From Anthoceros angustus (Eukaryota > Plantae > Anthocerotophyta): a DNA stretch of 64,000 nucleotides. The notes beneath the pieces are model-generated. The model saw nothing but the letters and a program-made list of their open reading frames with translations, ran no database searches and was not told the DNA's origin. Position numbers and translations under genes: made by a program. Where the stretch lies: NCBI GenBank assembly GCA_010909165.1, contig VJWM01000068.1, positions 992,001 through 1,056,000 on the forward strand. Reading direction: 5' to 3'. Positions within the stretch are counted from its first letter, which is position 1. The number at the start of each line of letters is the position of its first letter. Shown in pieces: positions 60,703 through 64,000 of the stretch.

Positions 60703-62039
60703 ATGGCAGAGGGGTATTCTCTGCTAGATGGGTCCCAGATCCGCAAGGCACTGCCAGACCTCCAGACGAGAGCATCCAAGAAGTTTGCGGAGCTGACAGT
60801 GGAGGGCAAGGGAGTGCTCACTGGGGATCAGGCACGGGCTGCGGCCGAGGCAGAAGCTGCAGCGCTGCTGCTGGGGCGCAGCTGTCCACCCAGCGCCTCG
60901 AGAAGGCCTTTCGGGGATCACAACACCTGGGGATGAATTGGACGAGGAAGCATTTGGGGCCACCGTGGAAGTATGTGCAGGCCATTGCGGATGCTCTGGA
61001 AGGTACTGCACATCGCTGATCTCTGGCTGGATCTTGTGGAAATGTATAAATGTGTGTTTTACGGCTGGTGGGATGTGTGGACTTTGGAATTGCATGGGTT
61101 GATGACTTTTCTGTTGATGCTACAGAGGAGCCAGTGGCAGTATCTGTGTTGGATGGGTCTGTCATGAGAGGATTGTTGGAAGATGAGGACGAATTCGCCA
61201 TGCTGGCAGAGAATCTCTTCACTGTGCTGGACGCAGATGAGAATGGGAAGCTGAACCGGAGTGAGATCCGACCGCGATTCTCCAGCTGGGAGCTGAGATG
61301 GGGATACCGGCTCCATCAGGTACCAAAATGATTGCTCAGTCATGTGACTGGGGTTTCGAGGGTTTGCTTTTTCTGGATCTGAACGTGCTGCTGAACTTGT
61401 TCTGCAGCGAAGCCTGAGTAGAGTCGCTGTTGACTGATCTTTTCAAGAAGTATGGGACTGGGGGCCGAAGAGCTTGGCCAAACACAGTTTGCAAAGCTGC
61501 TTCAAGAGATGCTGCAAGACCTTGCGGACTCGTTGAAAGCAAAGCCCATTATCGTTGTCCATGACTTTCAAGTGCTAACTGGATCACGGCTGAGAAAGGT
61601 ATCAATGACCCTTCAGGTTCATGGCAGAGACAAATGCGTATTCGTGCCAACAGGGTTTAGGGTCTCTCTGGTTGCATCAAGTCACAGCTCTCATGTGGCA
61701 ATGTTGCAGGTACTGGCAGATGAGAAGTTACTGGAGGAAATGACTGACACCATCTTCAAGGAACTTGATGTTGACAGCAATGGCAAGCTAGACAGAGTGG
61801 AGATCCGACCTATTTTTGAGAGTAAGGGGATGGACTGGGGCCTTCCTCCTTTGAAGGCAAACGAAACTGTGCTGCAGCTTTATGACAATGTTTTCAACGC
61901 TGTGGATGCGGACAACAGTGGACAAGTAGACCGATCAGAGTTTCAGGTTTTGGTGAAAACAATTTTCGAGCATTTCGCGGACCAGCTTGAAGTGAACCCA
62001 ATTGTTGTCGATACGGAGACTGCGTATCAGCAGGAGTAA
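60703..62039 (+). CDS. EF-hand protein, second full copy
   Basis: Appears identical to 58001-59337, including the same frameshifts. Confidence 0.85.
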
Positions 62040-63734
62040 TCTCGAAAGCATGAGATGCTTCTTTGTTTCCAGGTCCAGGCAGCTCTCCATTCCTTTTGGA
62101 GGATTTGGGTACTCACATCAAGAAAGTATTCGCTGACTCGGTCGCAAGCTGTTTGCTAGATGCAGCGGAATATCGTACTCCATATGAGGGCAGGTGAAAT
62201 GCTTGGAGTGCGGGCGGTTACCAGGGAGTTGATTTTCTTCGTGTGAGCAAGTGCGTTTTTGCGGTGGGATTTCACAACAGAGAAGTGATAATGTCTCTAA
62301 AGGAGACGGTTAGCTGTGTCTGCCTACTTTCACCGCTGATTGGTTTTTTGACCCTTGGATGACTGTCCAGTGTCTTTCCGCAGTGCACAAAGTTAGGCTT
62401 CCCGTAGAAGCTTATTACTATCTAGTGAAGGTTCTTGTCCTAGGTGCTGGATGATGCTGTACACGGCTATGCAAGACGAAGGCATGGTTGCACCTCATGC
62501 TGTAAATTGTTTTTGTGCTTCCTGTATGCATGTGCAGTCGCGGGCTCCCCAGCTCTGAAGCAGGGCAAGCAGCTCCACCGCACAAATTACAGAAGCCGGC
62601 CTTGAGGTTGAAATGCTTGTAGGAAACTCTCTCGGACTAATGTGTGCAGAATCCGGCACTTGCTAGTAAAATAATTGCAGTGACATGAAGTGCAACGCGA
62701 AACACTCAGCTTGCCAGATGTAGAGATCGGAAAGATGACAAAAGTCCGTAGCATTAGGAGATGTGGGACGGAAGACCAGGTCTGGTTGCTAATCATAAAT
62801 TAACGAATGTTCGTAGATAAGCAAGTCGCGCCAAATCCACTTACAACTTGCATTCGAAACAGGGAAATGTTCAGCCGAAACGGGGCTTCCGGCTAGGCGT
62901 TCATCCACCTTGAAACGAAGTCATATTTTTATCGAAGGCAGTCCAGGTGAATCATGGTGGACTGGAATTAGCGGTTCCAAGCAGGTGCGCAATCTACCAA
63001 AGTGGCGCACATAGAGCTGGATTTCAGCAAGGCCGCGCATGCTTCTGCGAACCATAGCTGTCTAGCCCGCTGGCCTGGGTTTACAAGGGAGGCGACAGGG
63101 CCAGCAGGTTTTGGGAAGCAGCCAGAGGAACAGGTCCGGCTGCCTGACTGAAAGGTGTGTGAAGAAGGAAGCTTGGAGAAGTTGGTGTAGGAGGAATATT
63201 ACATCTCTACGCCTCCCAGACGAGCTGCTCCAAGCTCTTGTTCGCTTGCTGCTATGGCAGATGGATGAGTGGAGCTTCCTGGTTGTTAATCGCTTGGTGG
63301 ACATGCGTGTAAACTGTGGCAGCTCGGAAGCAGCTCGGCCTGGAGCAAGCGTTCGCGTTCCACAGGCTTGGTGAGAGGGATGTACAGTATTCACTTGGAC
63401 CACGACATTGCCGGATATTCCTAGCCGGGTAACTGTAACTTCAGATTGGGAATACATAAGGTGAAAGCATTGGCAGTTACCGTGACATGGAAAGAGGGGC
63501 GTGTTTACTAAAACATCTCATCGGTATCCAAGCTCCAATGCAGGAGCACAAGCGAGCGCCAGCGGATGATGTTTCGCCGCCATTCGCCGCGACGCCATAA
63601 CTAAGGCGCCAGCAGAGCTTGCCATTGTTCTCCCTACCCAGCCGTCCATCACACACGCTCGCCTCACCTCGATCCCTCCCTTCTGCGATTTTGTGTGTGC
63701 GAGGAGGGCGCGTCCGCAGCGGCACCGGGAAGCC

Positions 63735-63988
63735 ATGGCCGTCGCCAGCAGCGCCAGCGTCGCACACCTGGCCGCGGTGCCAGCCTCCTCCTTCGTGGCC
63801 GGCTCCAGGACGCGCCTGGGCTCCTGCGCCTGCGTCTCCCTCGGCGTCACCAATGGCAGCCGCGTCTTCGCCATGGCCACCAAGAAGGTCTCGGCCAAGC
63901 CCAAGGCCTCCTTCAGCGGCAAGAAGTCCTGGCTCCCGGGCGTGAGGTTCGGCGGCAACCTGGTGGACCCCGAGTGGCTCGACGGATC
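63735..63988 (+). CDS. LHCB6: Light-harvesting complex II minor antenna CP24, exon 1 (gene continues past the window end)
   Basis: Transit peptide followed by KKSWLPGVRFGGNLVDPEWLDGS, then a GTGAGC donor at ~63989. Confidence 0.88.
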
Positions 63989-64000
63989 GTGAGCCTCCCT

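Larger units (their letters stand above)
57495..62907 (+). repeat. Direct tandem duplication, junction 60197, period ~2702; microhomology A plus offset GAAACGA
   Basis: ttcatccA|gaaacgagatg; acceptor reads ttcatccaccttgaaacgaag. Confidence 0.95.

Noticed and set aside
1-62907. Functional tandem gene-family arrays (SecA x4, ORC6 x5, ILP1 x5)
   Set aside because: Breakpoints cut through exons and introns at random, most copies are fragments, and I saw no synonymous-type divergence.
1-62907. Helitron/LTR/other transposon-driven gene capture
   Set aside because: No Rep/helicase, RT, integrase or transposase ORF was found; no shared termini, TIRs or target-site duplications at the junctions.
1-62907. 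MDA (phi29) chimerism
   Set aside because: All junctions are direct, whereas MDA chimeras are predominantly inverted. Not fully excluded without library metadata.
62910-63460. ORFs 63062-63457 (-) and 63111-63374 (+) upstream of LHCB6
   Set aside because: No recognisable motif or convincing splice model; left unannotated.

Overview
This is eukaryotic nuclear DNA from a gene-dense land plant. LHCB6/CP24 is present, introns are short (about 45-200 bp) and spacers are tiny; a hornwort-like seed-free plant is my inference and is not proven. The dominant feature is structural: roughly 27 kb of unique sequence has been stretched to 64 kb by 15 direct-orientation back-jumps of 1.87-3.17 kb (hand-mapped, +/- a few bp). 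These produce overlapping 'shingled' copies (ABC-BCD-CDE), with most genes present 2-4 times. There is also one forward deletion (about 25390) and one orphan insert of about 400 bp (about 23160-23568). Most junctions have 1-6 bp microhomology, none is inverted, and none is itself copied. Copies differ mainly by homopolymer indels that frameshift otherwise perfectly conserved genes. A long-read layout/polishing artefact is therefore more likely than real biology, although serial template switching or re-integration of 2-3 kb circles would leave the same map and is testable. De-duplicated gene order: unknown 3-exon membrane protein (-), intronless chloroplast SECA1 (+), SLC25 carrier of TAAC/EAAC type (-), GT61-like glycosyltransferase (+), unknown protein (-), THOC5 (-), coiled-coil protein (+), ORC6 (-), candidate small spliced gene (+), 106-aa ORF (+), intronless EEF1AKMT4/METTL13-like methyltransferase with a Lys-rich insert (+), ILP1/GCFC2 (-), EF-hand protein (+), and the 5' end of LHCB6 (+). 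I recognised no rRNA, tRNA, CRISPR array or transposon protein.
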